Shown in pieces: positions 1 to 8,973 of a stretch of DNA of 64,000 nt. Source of the DNA: an uncultured delta proteobacterium (lineage in GTDB: Bacteria; Desulfobacterota; Binatia; Binatales; Binataceae); NCBI GenBank assembly GCA_963794325.1, contig CAWCDG010000007.1:288001-352000 (forward strand), given 5' to 3'. The stretch's first letter is position 1; each line of letters starts with the position of its first letter. The translations under genes and the position numbers were made by a program. The notes under the pieces are model-generated. The model saw only the letters and a list, made by a program, of their open reading frames with translations. It did not search any database and had not been told where the DNA came from.

Positions 1-70
1 TAATCCACAATCAGATTTTTCTCCAGCCGCCTTGCACCGGCGCGTCGCAGCGCGCGTAATTAGCTCGTCC

Positions 71-1247
71 ATGGAATCGTTTGACGTCGTGATCGTGGGG
101 GCCGGGGCGGCCGGGCTGATGTGCGCGATGACGGCCGGCGCTCGCGGACGGCGGGTTCTGATTCTCGAGCACAACGAGGAGGCTGGCGCCAAGATTCTCA
201 TCTCGGGCGGCGGGCGCTGCAATTTTACCAATCTTGAAATTGCGCCGGAGCGCTTCCTTTCGGCGAACCCGAATTTCTGCAAGTCCGCGCTCAGCCGCTA
301 CACGCAGCATGATTTTATCGCGCTGGTCGAGCGACATCGGATTCGTTATCACGAGAAGACTCTGGGCCAATTGTTTTGCGACGGATCGGCGCGCGAGATC
401 CTCGCGATGCTGCTGGCGGAGTGCGCGGCCGCGCGCGTCGATTTGCGGACCAGGCAAAAGCGTGACGGGAATAACGCGCGCCGATCGCTTTCGGATCGAG
501 ACCAACAAAGGCAGCTTCGAGGCGCCGGCCTTGGTGCTCGCGACCGGCGGCCTTTCAATTCCAAAGATGGGCGCGACCGGCTTTGCATACGACATGGCCC
601 GGCGCTTCGATCTTCCAATTATCGAGCCGCGGCCCGGACTGGTGCCGCTGAAGTTCGCCGGCGAGACGCTCGAACTTTGCAAAGACCTCACAGGCGTGTC
701 GGTGGATGTTGTCGTTTCAAGCGGCCGCGACAGTTTTCGCGAGAATATTTTGTTCACGCATCGCGGCCTGTCAGGTCCGGCCATTTTGCAGATTTCGTCG
801 TACTGGCAGGAAGGCGGCACGTTGTCGATCGACCTCGCACCGTCATTGGAAGTCGAGAGTTTCCTGGCGGATCGAAAGCGCACGCGGCCAAAGGCCGAGC
901 TCAAAACCATTCTCGCAGAGGTGCTTCCGACTCGCCTGGCGCATGCGCTCGCGGGCGCCGCGACCTCCAACATCCCAATCGCGAATGTGCCCGACCGCGA
1001 CCTTTTGAACCTGGCGCATCGGCTGAAGCGATGGCAGCTCAAACCGGCCGGCTCCGAAGGATGGGCGAAAGCCGAAGTTACCGTTTGCGGAATCGACACT
1101 GCCGCGCTCTCTTCGAAAACAATGGAGGCGCGCGCCGTGCCGGGGCTATTTGTGATTGGCGAAGCGGTGGACGTGACGGGATGGCTCGGCGGTTACAATT
1201 TCCAGTGGGCGTGGTCGAGCGGATGGTGCGCGGGGAGCGCGGTGTGA
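71..1247 (+). pseudogene. HI0933/YhiN-family NAD(P)/FAD-dependent oxidoreductase, frameshifted near 452 (possibly a sequencing error)
   Basis: N-terminus VVIVGAGAAG and KILISGGGRCNFTN in the frame of ORF 32-1264; C-terminus LATGGLSIP, LFTHRGLSGP, GEAVDVTGWLGGYNFQWAWSSG in the frame of ORF 234-1247; removing one base at about 452 joins them. Confidence 0.88.
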
Positions 1248-1291
1248 GCGCACCTAAAGCGTAAATGTGACAGAAGTCGGTGCTCGGTGCA

Positions 1292-1370
1292 CGCTAACCC
1301 CTGCCCCATGGTGGGAAGGGGAACCGGAATATGAGGCCCTAACCCATTCCCGAATTGGCAAGGGTGCCGG
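1292..1370. repeat. Two degenerate tandem REP-like palindromes
   Basis: cgctaacccctgcccc..gggaaggggaaccgg and ccctaacccattcccg..ggcaagggtgccgg between convergent genes. Confidence 0.45.
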
Positions 1371-1379
1371 TGTTTTGGC

Positions 1380-2615
1380 TCAGGCGGCTTTGCGGGCGCT
1401 GGGGGTCAGGCGGACCGGCAGGTGCTTCAGGCCGTTGATGAAATTCGAGCGCAGGCGCTTGACCGGGCCGGTGGGCTCGACCGTTGCGACCCGCTTCACC
1501 AGTTCTTCGAACAGGATGCTCATTTCCATCCGCGCGAGGCTCGCGCCGAGACAGAAATGCGGGCCACCGCCACCGAATGCCACGTGTTGATTGGGCGTGC
1601 GCCTGATGTCGAAGGTGAACGGATTCGGGAAAATTTCTTCGTCGCGATTGGCCGAGATATACCAGATGCTGACCTTGTCGCCCGCTTTGATTTTTTGTCC
1701 CCGAATCACGGTGTCCTTCGTCACATTGCGGCGGAAGAACATTACCGGAGACGCCCAGCGCAGGATTTCCTCGGTGGCCGCCGGCACGAGCGCGGGATTG
1801 CCGGCGAGCATCGCGAACTGATCGGGATTCTCGATGAGCGCATGCATGCCGTGCGACATCGCATTGCGCGTCGTCTCATTACCGGCCACCGCGAGCAGCA
1901 GGAAAAATACGTTGAAGTCCATCTCGGAGAGTTTGTCGCCGTCGAGGTCTGCTTTGAGCAGCGCGGTCACGATGTCGTCGCGCGGATGCTCGCGGCGCTG
2001 CTTGGCAAGCTCGTTCGAGTACATGTACATCTCGATCGCAGCCTGCTGGACCTTTTCCTGGCTGACCGCGTATTCGGGATCCTTGCTGCCGATCATGCGG
2101 TTGCTCCATTCGAAGAGCTTGTGCCGATCTTCGTACGGCACGCCCAGCATCTCCGCGATCACCTGCAACGGAAGCTCCGCGGCGACGTCAGTGACGAAAT
2201 CGCAATCGCGCCTTTCGAGCGCCGGATCGAGGATTTTCGTCACCATCTCGCGGACGTGAGTGCTGAGCGCGTTGATCATGCGCGGCGTGAATCCTCGATT
2301 TACCAGCGAGCGGTAGCGCGTGTGATCGGGCGCGTCCATCGTGAGCATCATGCGTCCCTGCGCGGAAATATCGGCGGCCGCCTCGGTGTCCTCCAGCGCG
2401 ACGACGCCGCCGCGAGACTGCTCCGATGAGTAGGTGACGCCGTCGCGGCCCACTTCGACCACGTCGTCGTAGCGCGTGATTACCCAGAACCCCGGACCGC
2501 CCGGCTCTTGATGTTTGAAGACAGGGGCGTTGTGCCGAAGCCAGGTGAACCATTCGTGCGGAACCTTGTTTTCGAACACCAATGGGTCGAGCAGATTGAT
2601 CTCGCCAGCTTCCAC
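1380..2615 (-). CDS. Cytochrome P450, CYP124/125/142-like
   Basis: I-helix AVAGNETT, K-helix EEILR, heme motif FGGGGPHFCLG; 411 aa. Confidence 0.95.
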   Translation of the reverse strand: MEAGEINLLDPLVFENKVPHEWFTWLRHNAPVFKHQEPGGPGFWVITRYDDVVEVGRDGVTYSSEQSRGGVVALEDTEAAADISAQGRMMLTMDAPDHTRYRSLVNRGFTPRMINALSTHVREMVTKILDPALERRDCDFVTDVAAELPLQVIAEMLGVPYEDRHKLFEWSNRMIGSKDPEYAVSQEKVQQAAIEMYMYSNELAKQRREHPRDDIVTALLKADLDGDKLSEMDFNVFFLLLAVAGNETTRNAMSHGMHALIENPDQFAMLAGNPALVPAATEEILRWASPVMFFRRNVTKDTVIRGQKIKAGDKVSIWYISANRDEEIFPNPFTFDIRRTPNQHVAFGGGGPHFCLGASLARMEMSILFEELVKRVATVEPTGPVKRLRSNFINGLKHLPVRLTPSARKAA

Positions 2616-2718
2616 GGCGGCTCCTCCGAACTATCGGAAATAGAATGCGCTCTAATCTACCAAGAGTTCAGGCGCATGCGTCAATCGGTCGAAACGGGGA
2701 ACTGAGGAACGATTGAAT

Positions 2719-2901
2719 GTGAAACCCGCGGTGGGTTTCACGCTTCCTTCGGCAGGGGTGACCCCTGCACCCAGTGAGAATCGCAAAATGTCGAGGACGA
2801 CCTTTTGCTCTCAGGTTCGGGGGAGGACGGTCCGGGAATTTACCTCGCCCGTTATTTTACGGGAGAGGCGACCGGCGGGCGCAGCCGCCGGTTGGTGAGG
2901 G
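2719..2901. repeat. Cluster of five consecutive hairpins (REP/MITE-like or structured RNA)
   Basis: Stems at 2719-2741 (gtgaaaccc/gggtttcac), 2752-2768 (gcagggg/cccctgc), 2775-2813, 2843-2868 and 2871-2892 (accggcgg/ccgccggt). Confidence 0.6.
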
Positions 2902-2934
2902 TTCTGGGCCACATCACAATACCTAGCCGACTGA

Positions 2935-2973
2935 CTCTTTGTGTCATTCAGAGCGGAGCGAAGAATCCCGGAT
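2935..2973 (+). repeat. REP-like element (GTCATTC..GAGCG(A/G)AGCGAAGAATC type), copy 1
   Basis: 38/39 identical to the reverse complement of 38165-38203. Confidence 0.85.
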
Positions 2974-3083
2974 CTTTTCTGTAGCAGCCATGCAACGGAT
3001 TCACTGCATTTCGTCATTCCCATTCCACCGCTAAGTAATCTAACATCACAGTCGGACTCGTGTTTCGAGGTCTGGAGGTCTTG

Positions 3084-4934
3084 ATGGATTCAGCGGATGC
3101 GAAAATTGCCGGCGGAGGGACTGCTACTGCCGCGGCTACTGTCCACGAGCCATTACCGCTGAGGATCAAGCTTCTCTACGGCGCCCCCAGTTTCGCGGGC
3201 GCCGCGATGATCATCCCGATCCTAATCCTCATGCCGAAGTTCTATGCCGACGTGGTGCTGGTGCCGCTGGGATACCTCGCGATGGCGATCGCGATCGCTC
3301 GTTCGCTCGACGCGCTCAGCGATCCCCTGATGGGCTGGATTTCCGATCACACGCACACGCGCCTCGGCAGACGTCGTCCTTACATGCTGATCGGCGCTCC
3401 GCTGTGCGGCATCGCGTTTTTCTGCCTGCTGAATCCGCCGGAGGCGTTCAAAGGAAAGGACGCCGCGATCTGGTTCGGTATCACGTTCATCCTTTATTTC
3501 ATCTTTCACACATCTTACGTTCTGCCGCATTACGCGCTCGGGCCGGAACTCACGCAGAATTATCACGACCGCTCGACGCTGTTCGCCTGGCGCGAGTCGT
3601 TCACAATCCTCGGCACGATCGTCGCCGCCGGGGCGCCGGGCGTCATGATGAAGACCATGCATCTGAACGATCGTCAGGTGTTCTTCAGGCTCGGCATCTT
3701 CTTCGGCGTATTGCTCACCCTGCTGTACTGGCTGCTGGTGTTAACGATAAAGGAGCGGCCCGATTTCGTCGCGCGCGAGTCTAATCCGCTGGTGCCGGGC
3801 GTGCGACGCGCGCTGCGCAACCGCCCTTTCGGCATTCTGCTTGGCAGCTACGCAGTCGGGAGCATCGCGGGCGCGATTCCGGCCACTATGATGCCGTTCT
3901 TTACCCAATATGTAATACATCCTGCTGATCCCATCGTGTGGGTCTCCAAGCTGCTGGTCGGCTATTTCGGATTCGGATTTCTCTCTCTACCGATGTGGGT
4001 TTGGTTTGCGCGGCGAGTTGGAAAGCTCAACGCGTGGCTCACCAGCTTTTTTTTAGGCATCAGCGGTGGCGCTGCGATGTTCTTGCTGCGGCCCGGCGAC
4101 ATCCGGTGGCTGATGGTGCTGATTTGCTGGGCCGGGATTGGATTCGGCGCCGGCCTGTTTCTCACGCCGTCGATGCAGGCCGACGTGATCGACTACGACG
4201 AGCTGTACACCGGGAAGCGGCGCGAAGCGCAGTACACCGCGTTCTGGTCGATGCTGCCGAAGTTTATCGCGATTCCCAGTGCCGCGATTCCGTTCGCGAT
4301 TCTGGCCTCGCTCGGCTACGTCCCCAACGCCGCGCAATCGCCGCACGTGGTGTTTGCGATACGTGCGATTTTCGCGCTCACCCCTGCGGCTTGCTCGGCC
4401 CTCTCGTTCCTGATCGCGCGCCACTTCCCGATTACGCAGGCGATCCATACAGCGATCCTGGATGGAATCGAGCGACACGCGCAGGGCGAACCTGCGCTCG
4501 ATCCGCTGACCAACATGATGGTCCCGCCGCCGAAGCCCGGCTACGACGATGATACCGGCTGGTTCCTCGATTACTTTTCCACTGGCGAGCTGAAGCGCTA
4601 CCTGGCCAGAGGCGGCTCGCAGCCGGTGCGCGACGTATTGGCGATGGCGGCAATATCAATCTGCGTGTCCGTGGCATCAGTCATCTACGTGCTGAATCGT
4701 GTTCACACGCTCAGCACCGATCCGGGCGCGCTGACTTCAGTGATCGTCGTGGCCGCTGGACTCGCGCTCGCGATCTTCGCCTTCCACATGATGCGGCTCG
4801 GACCCGCGCGGCGGCTGGCGGCAGGTGAGGTGCCCGCCGATGTCGTCAGAGCCCATCTTGGCGAGGTCGTCGAAGCGCTCCGTGAGGGAGTGCCGGCGCC
4901 AGTCGTCGCAGCCAGTGTCGTCGAGCCTAACTAG
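3084..4934 (+). CDS. MFS transporter, GPH/MelB-like family, with C-terminal extension
   Basis: DALSDPLMGWISDHTHTRLGRRRPY and ADVIDYDELYTGKRREA motifs; many TM segments; GGAGG SD before ATG 3084. Confidence 0.9.
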   Translation: MDSADAKIAGGGTATAAATVHEPLPLRIKLLYGAPSFAGAAMIIPILILMPKFYADVVLVPLGYLAMAIAIARSLDALSDPLMGWISDHTHTRLGRRRPYMLIGAPLCGIAFFCLLNPPEAFKGKDAAIWFGITFILYFIFHTSYVLPHYALGPELTQNYHDRSTLFAWRESFTILGTIVAAGAPGVMMKTMHLNDRQVFFRLGIFFGVLLTLLYWLLVLTIKERPDFVARESNPLVPGVRRALRNRPFGILLGSYAVGSIAGAIPATMMPFFTQYVIHPADPIVWVSKLLVGYFGFGFLSLPMWVWFARRVGKLNAWLTSFFLGISGGAAMFLLRPGDIRWLMVLICWAGIGFGAGLFLTPSMQADVIDYDELYTGKRREAQYTAFWSMLPKFIAIPSAAIPFAILASLGYVPNAAQSPHVVFAIRAIFALTPAACSALSFLIARHFPITQAIHTAILDGIERHAQGEPALDPLTNMMVPPPKPGYDDDTGWFLDYFSTGELKRYLARGGSQPVRDVLAMAAISICVSVASVIYVLNRVHTLSTDPGALTSVIVVAAGLALAIFAFHMMRLGPARRLAAGEVPADVVRAHLGEVVEALREGVPAPVVAASVVEPN

Positions 4935-5003
4935 CTGTTAGAAAAATAAAGGGACGCGCGCGTCGATGCCGGCTGAGCGCGTTCAACATCGGAGGTCTGG
5001 TCG

Positions 5004-5837
5004 ATGGCTTCAATCCCTGTGGTCTCCGCCAACGATGCTTCGTCAAAAGTTGTCGAGTGCCTCGAACGCGACGGGGCGGTTGTCGTCAGTGGCGTGACCG
5101 ACCGCGCGGTGCGCGACGCGGTCTTGCGCGAACTCGCGCCGCATCTGGAGATTGTCGATCCTGACGCCAGCATCAACAAGAAGTATGAAGCTGATGGCGG
5201 AACTTCGAATTTCTATCCCGGCAAGACCAAGCGGATCACAGCGCTGATCGCGCGATCGGAAACATTCCGGACCTTCGTGACTCATCCTCTGATGCTGTCG
5301 GCGTGCGACGCGATTCTTAAACCCAACTGCGTTCATTACCAGGTGCATGCCACGGCCGCGCTCAAAATCGGGCCGGGGGCGCGCGAGCAGGTGCTCCATC
5401 GCGAAGAGGATCCGTATCAATTTTTCAAAGTGCCTCGGCCGCGGATGATCCTCGCGAGCATGTGGGCGATTACCGATTTCACTGAGGCGAACGGCGGGAC
5501 TCTGATTGTTCCCGGCAGTCATCTGTGGCCACAGGATCGCGTCGCGCGTCCCGATGAGGTCGTTGGGGCCGCGATGCCGGCGGGGTCGGTGCTGCTCTGG
5601 ATGGGCGGCACATTGCACGGCGCCGGCGCGAATCGCACCGATGAATGGCGCTACGGAATCTTCCTGTCGTACTCGCTTGGATGGCTGCGGCAGGAGGAGA
5701 ATCAGTATATCGACGTTCCCGGCGACATCGCGCGGACGCTCGACAAACAAGTGCGCGATCTAGTCGGCTACAGAATGCATCTGGGGATTGGCTATGCGGA
5801 CGTCACCGTGAGAGACGGTCGCACAAAGAGGGACTGA
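5004..5837 (+). CDS. Phytanoyl-CoA dioxygenase family Fe(II)/2OG oxygenase
   Basis: QVLHRE (HxE), DFTEANGGTLIVPGSH, LHGAGAN, WLRQEENQY. Confidence 0.9.
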   Translation: MASIPVVSANDASSKVVECLERDGAVVVSGVTDRAVRDAVLRELAPHLEIVDPDASINKKYEADGGTSNFYPGKTKRITALIARSETFRTFVTHPLMLSACDAILKPNCVHYQVHATAALKIGPGAREQVLHREEDPYQFFKVPRPRMILASMWAITDFTEANGGTLIVPGSHLWPQDRVARPDEVVGAAMPAGSVLLWMGGTLHGAGANRTDEWRYGIFLSYSLGWLRQEENQYIDVPGDIARTLDKQVRDLVGYRMHLGIGYADVTVRDGRTKRD

Positions 5838-7069
5838 TGCCGAAGATTTCCTACCGCGTGCGGCCGGAGACCGCCGTACTGACCCGCGGCTTCGACCCGG
5901 AGTTGTCGGTCGGATCGGCGCGGCCGCCGGTCTATCGCAGCTCGACCTTCGTGTTTCCAAGTCCGGAGGCGGCCGAGCGCGCGTTTGGAATCGTGCTCGG
6001 GAAAATCCGACCGCTCGGTGACGATCGTCCCGACCTGATTTACGCGCGGCTGAATCATCCGAACGCTGAAATCCTCGAAGAGCAACTTGTACCGCTCGAG
6101 CGTGGCGCCAACTCCGCCGCGATTTTCAATTCCGGCATGGCCGCGATTTTCACTGTGATGCTCACGTTCATCGAACGGGGCGGATCGCTCATCTATACGC
6201 AGCCGCTGTATGGCGGGAGCCAGCACCTGATTCACCAGGTGATCGAGCCGCTCGGGTTCGAGGCGCGCGGCGTGCCTGCCGGCAATACGAAGGCGCTGAG
6301 CGAGGCGATTGAGAATGCGAACAATCTGAGCCTCGTGCTGATCGAGACGCCTGCGAATCCCACGCTGGTGATGACCGATATCGCGCAGGCGGCTGCCGCG
6401 ATTCGCAAGCGGCAGAAGCGCGCCCTGCTCGCAATCGACAACACTCTGCTTGGCCCGACGTTTCAGCATCCGCTGATTCATGGCGCGGACCTCGCGATTT
6501 ACTCGGCTACGAAGTTCCTCGGCGGATTCAGCGATTTGCTGGCCGGCGCGGTGTTGGCGACTGATCCAGAATTGATTCAGACGCTCACCGGGATGCGCGC
6601 GCTGCTCGGTAATATCCTGCAGGCGGACGAGTGCTGGATGCTTGATTCGCGGCTGTCGACCGTCGCGCTGCGGATGAACCGGCAAAGCAAGAACGCGCAG
6701 CGAATCGCCGAGCAGTTGGCCAAGAATCCGCGCGTCAAGCGCGTCATTTATCCGTCGCTGTTCACTGACGAGGCGCAGATAAAGATTCGCGACGCGCAGA
6801 CCGATTACCCCGGATCGCTGGTGTCGCTGGAGGTCGAGGGCGGAAAGACCGGCGCGTTTGAATTCCTGCGCCGTCTGAAGATCGCGAAAAATGCCGTCAG
6901 CCTCGGCGGCGTCGAAACTCTCGTATGCCATCCGATGACGACCACTCACAGCGAGCTATCGCCCGAAGAGTTGTCCGCCGCCGGAATCACCGAGTCGCTG
7001 GTGCGCATCTCGGTCGGCACCGAGCATTGGCGCGACTTGCTCGAGGAATTTACCCGAGCGCTCGCTTGA
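5837..7069 (+). CDS. Cys/Met metabolism PLP enzyme (cystathionine gamma-synthase/methionine gamma-lyase family)
   Basis: YARLNHPN, NSGMAAI, ETPANPTL, DNT, YSATKFLGG (PLP Lys), AVSLGGVETL; ATG overlaps the upstream TGA. Confidence 0.92.
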   Translation: MPKISYRVRPETAVLTRGFDPELSVGSARPPVYRSSTFVFPSPEAAERAFGIVLGKIRPLGDDRPDLIYARLNHPNAEILEEQLVPLERGANSAAIFNSGMAAIFTVMLTFIERGGSLIYTQPLYGGSQHLIHQVIEPLGFEARGVPAGNTKALSEAIENANNLSLVLIETPANPTLVMTDIAQAAAAIRKRQKRALLAIDNTLLGPTFQHPLIHGADLAIYSATKFLGGFSDLLAGAVLATDPELIQTLTGMRALLGNILQADECWMLDSRLSTVALRMNRQSKNAQRIAEQLAKNPRVKRVIYPSLFTDEAQIKIRDAQTDYPGSLVSLEVEGGKTGAFEFLRRLKIAKNAVSLGGVETLVCHPMTTTHSELSPEELSAAGITESLVRISVGTEHWRDLLEEFTRALA

Positions 7070-7081
7070 GCAGTCAGTTCA

Positions 7082-7435
7082 TCAGGTCCGAATCTCCTCC
7101 AAGCGGCCGGTGTGATTGGAAATTCCTGAGCGCAGGCTATCGGCGTCGATGCCGAGAGCCTCGCAGACGCTGAGGAACGCAAACGGGCCGCATTCGTCGT
7201 CGCAGCTCAGCCATTCGGCTGCCTCGACGAAGTCCTCGTTGTTGTGCGCAGCATCGTTGTCGCGATGTCGCAGGTAGGTTCGGATCGCATCTTCAAGAAC
7301 GGCGAACAGCAGCTTGCGTTCGCCTTCTGCCGGCAGCTTCCGTCGTCGAGTCTCCCCGTACTGAACCGGCAGGATGCCCACGGCGCTGAATACGTTTGGC
7401 AAGTCGTCGTGGGCGGCGTATGTGGTGGCTTCCAT
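7082..7435 (-). CDS. Small helical hypothetical protein (ILPxQ..GERKLLFAVLEDA..EWL..PFxFxxVCEALG pattern)
   Basis: GGAGGG SD before ATG 7435; plausible coding sequence; family pattern recalled from uncultured delta-like lineages. Confidence 0.8.
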   Translation of the reverse strand: MEATTYAAHDDLPNVFSAVGILPVQYGETRRRKLPAEGERKLLFAVLEDAIRTYLRHRDNDAAHNNEDFVEAAEWLSCDDECGPFAFLSVCEALGIDADSLRSGISNHTGRLEEIRT

Positions 7436-7483
7436 GATTTCCCTCCGCATTTTCAGCTCGACTGTTCGAGCCTCACCAGTGTC

Positions 7484-7500
7484 AGCAAAAGCGCTGCCAA
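7484..7500 (-). promoter_or_regulatory. Sigma54 (-24/-12) promoter candidate
   Basis: Minus strand TTGGCAGCGCTTTTGCT = GG-N10-GC, near consensus TGGCAC-N5-TTGCW, about 50 bp upstream of ATG 7435. Confidence 0.7.
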
Positions 7501-7603
7501 CGGAATCGCAGTAAAAATGCCACGATCTATCGACATTTTTACCGACCGGCGGGAAACTCGGAAAATTTTTCAGACTGAGCTATCGAGCGGGTTTCCGATC
7601 AGA

Positions 7604-8239
7604 TCAGATCAATTTCATCTCCGTGACGGCTTCGAGTTCCGCAATTGCTTGTGGGCCGCTCTCGACTTTGATCGTCGTCATACCGAGAGCGCGAGCGGGT
7701 TTCAGATTGCCGCCGAGGTCGTCGAGATAGACGCAAGCGTCCGGCGACACGCCGAGCTTCTCGCACATCATCAGGTAGATGCGCGGATCGGGTTTGCGAA
7801 TTCCAATCTTTGAAGACTCGATCAAAGCATCGAACAGTTCCATGATCTCGCGCGAATAGATTGAGCGGCTGCTGGCGACGGCGGCGCTCGCATCCGCCGG
7901 CATGTTGTTGGTGATGCAACCGGTCTTGAACCTGGGCTTGATGCGTCGGAGCGCTTCGATCATCTCGGGGCGGAAGTCGCCGGCCAGCAGCGCGACGACG
8001 TCGCGTCCTGGAATCCGGTAGCCGAGCAGGCGGGCTTCCTCCGCGAACGCCGCGTCGAAACCGGCGAAGTCGATTGCCGAGCGTTCGAACATCGCCCACG
8101 CATTACTCTCATGATTGGTGGAATTGATCTTCCTGATAACGCCGACCGGTATTCCGCGTTCGCGCTCGTAGCGCGCAAAGGCTTCGAACGGCGAGGTCGT
8201 GAACACCCCGCCGAAATCCCATATCACTGCTTCAATCAC
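7604..8239 (-). CDS. HAD-IA family hydrolase
   Basis: AVIWDFGGV, ITNN, RKPDPRIY, YLDDLGGN. Confidence 0.92.
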   Translation of the reverse strand: MIEAVIWDFGGVFTTSPFEAFARYERERGIPVGVIRKINSTNHESNAWAMFERSAIDFAGFDAAFAEEARLLGYRIPGRDVVALLAGDFRPEMIEALRRIKPRFKTGCITNNMPADASAAVASSRSIYSREIMELFDALIESSKIGIRKPDPRIYLMMCEKLGVSPDACVYLDDLGGNLKPARALGMTTIKVESGPQAIAELEAVTEMKLI

Positions 8240-8270
8240 ATCACTCTCCGATTTAAATGATTCGGGGTCA

Positions 8271-8777
8271 CTACTGGAATCGTTCGACTCCCGGAAGCTT
8301 CTTCTTCAAACCGTCTATTTCTGAGTCGAGTTTCTCAAGCAACTCGGCGACCTTCTCGCGAGTATCCAGGGCGGTCAGCGTAATTCCGTATATCCCTATC
8401 ACTACGGTCATCGCGAAAAGCAGAAGTGCGATTAACCGAACCCCTGGAAAGTAGAGTCCCATCACACTGGGGAAGATCATCACCGCAATTCCAGTAAATC
8501 CGAGGACGAGCATCCCTAACAACAGCCGGAGCGTATTCAAGTAGAGAGCCTTGTCAGAGGATGCGTACAAAGCGACGCCGCTTCTTTGCAAGTTAAGCTG
8601 CTTGATACGGTTCCGAATGCGCGTGAATGACCGCTCGGCAAGTCTATTCCGCATCTGCCGTATAGAGGCGCGAACGGCGGACCCAACACTCAACGCATCC
8701 GCAACGACTGCGAATATCGCCGCCAACAAGACGGCAATGAGTATCTCGACCCAATTGGCCGAAATGAAATTTAGCAT
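8271..8777 (-). CDS. Hypothetical membrane protein (about 3 TM), AT-richer than its flanks
   Basis: 168-aa ORF with GGAGG SD, hydrophobic segments and a coiled-coil-like C-terminus. Confidence 0.7.
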   Translation of the reverse strand: MLNFISANWVEILIAVLLAAIFAVVADALSVGSAVRASIRQMRNRLAERSFTRIRNRIKQLNLQRSGVALYASSDKALYLNTLRLLLGMLVLGFTGIAVMIFPSVMGLYFPGVRLIALLLFAMTVVIGIYGITLTALDTREKVAELLEKLDSEIDGLKKKLPGVERFQ

Positions 8778-8973
8778 CCAACCTCCAGTTGCCTAACAAA
8801 CATGAAAACAATTCTTCAGCTCGTGCAAGAGCAGGTCGCGGATCATTCGTAACGAATCCGGCTTTCGCAAGCGACCGCCGCTGGTTAACCCTCGCGATAC
8901 ATCGAGGTTGCGCAAATGTGATTCGGTTTGAGATGGTCAAGCTGGATCGAGATTCGGGGAGGGAGGAGCGGCA

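Noticed and set aside
2713-2920. RNase P RNA, tmRNA, SRP RNA or 6S RNA
   Set aside because: Signature sequences (GAGGAAAGUCC, tRNA-like ends, SRP loop) were not seen on either strand, and there is no single long 6S-like hairpin
8791-8890. GTTAGGC integron core site just upstream of the orphan gene 8271-8777 (possible gene cassette or attC)
   Set aside because: No complementary R/L boxes forming an attC on either side of the gene and no integrase in the window; a 7-mer match is expected by chance
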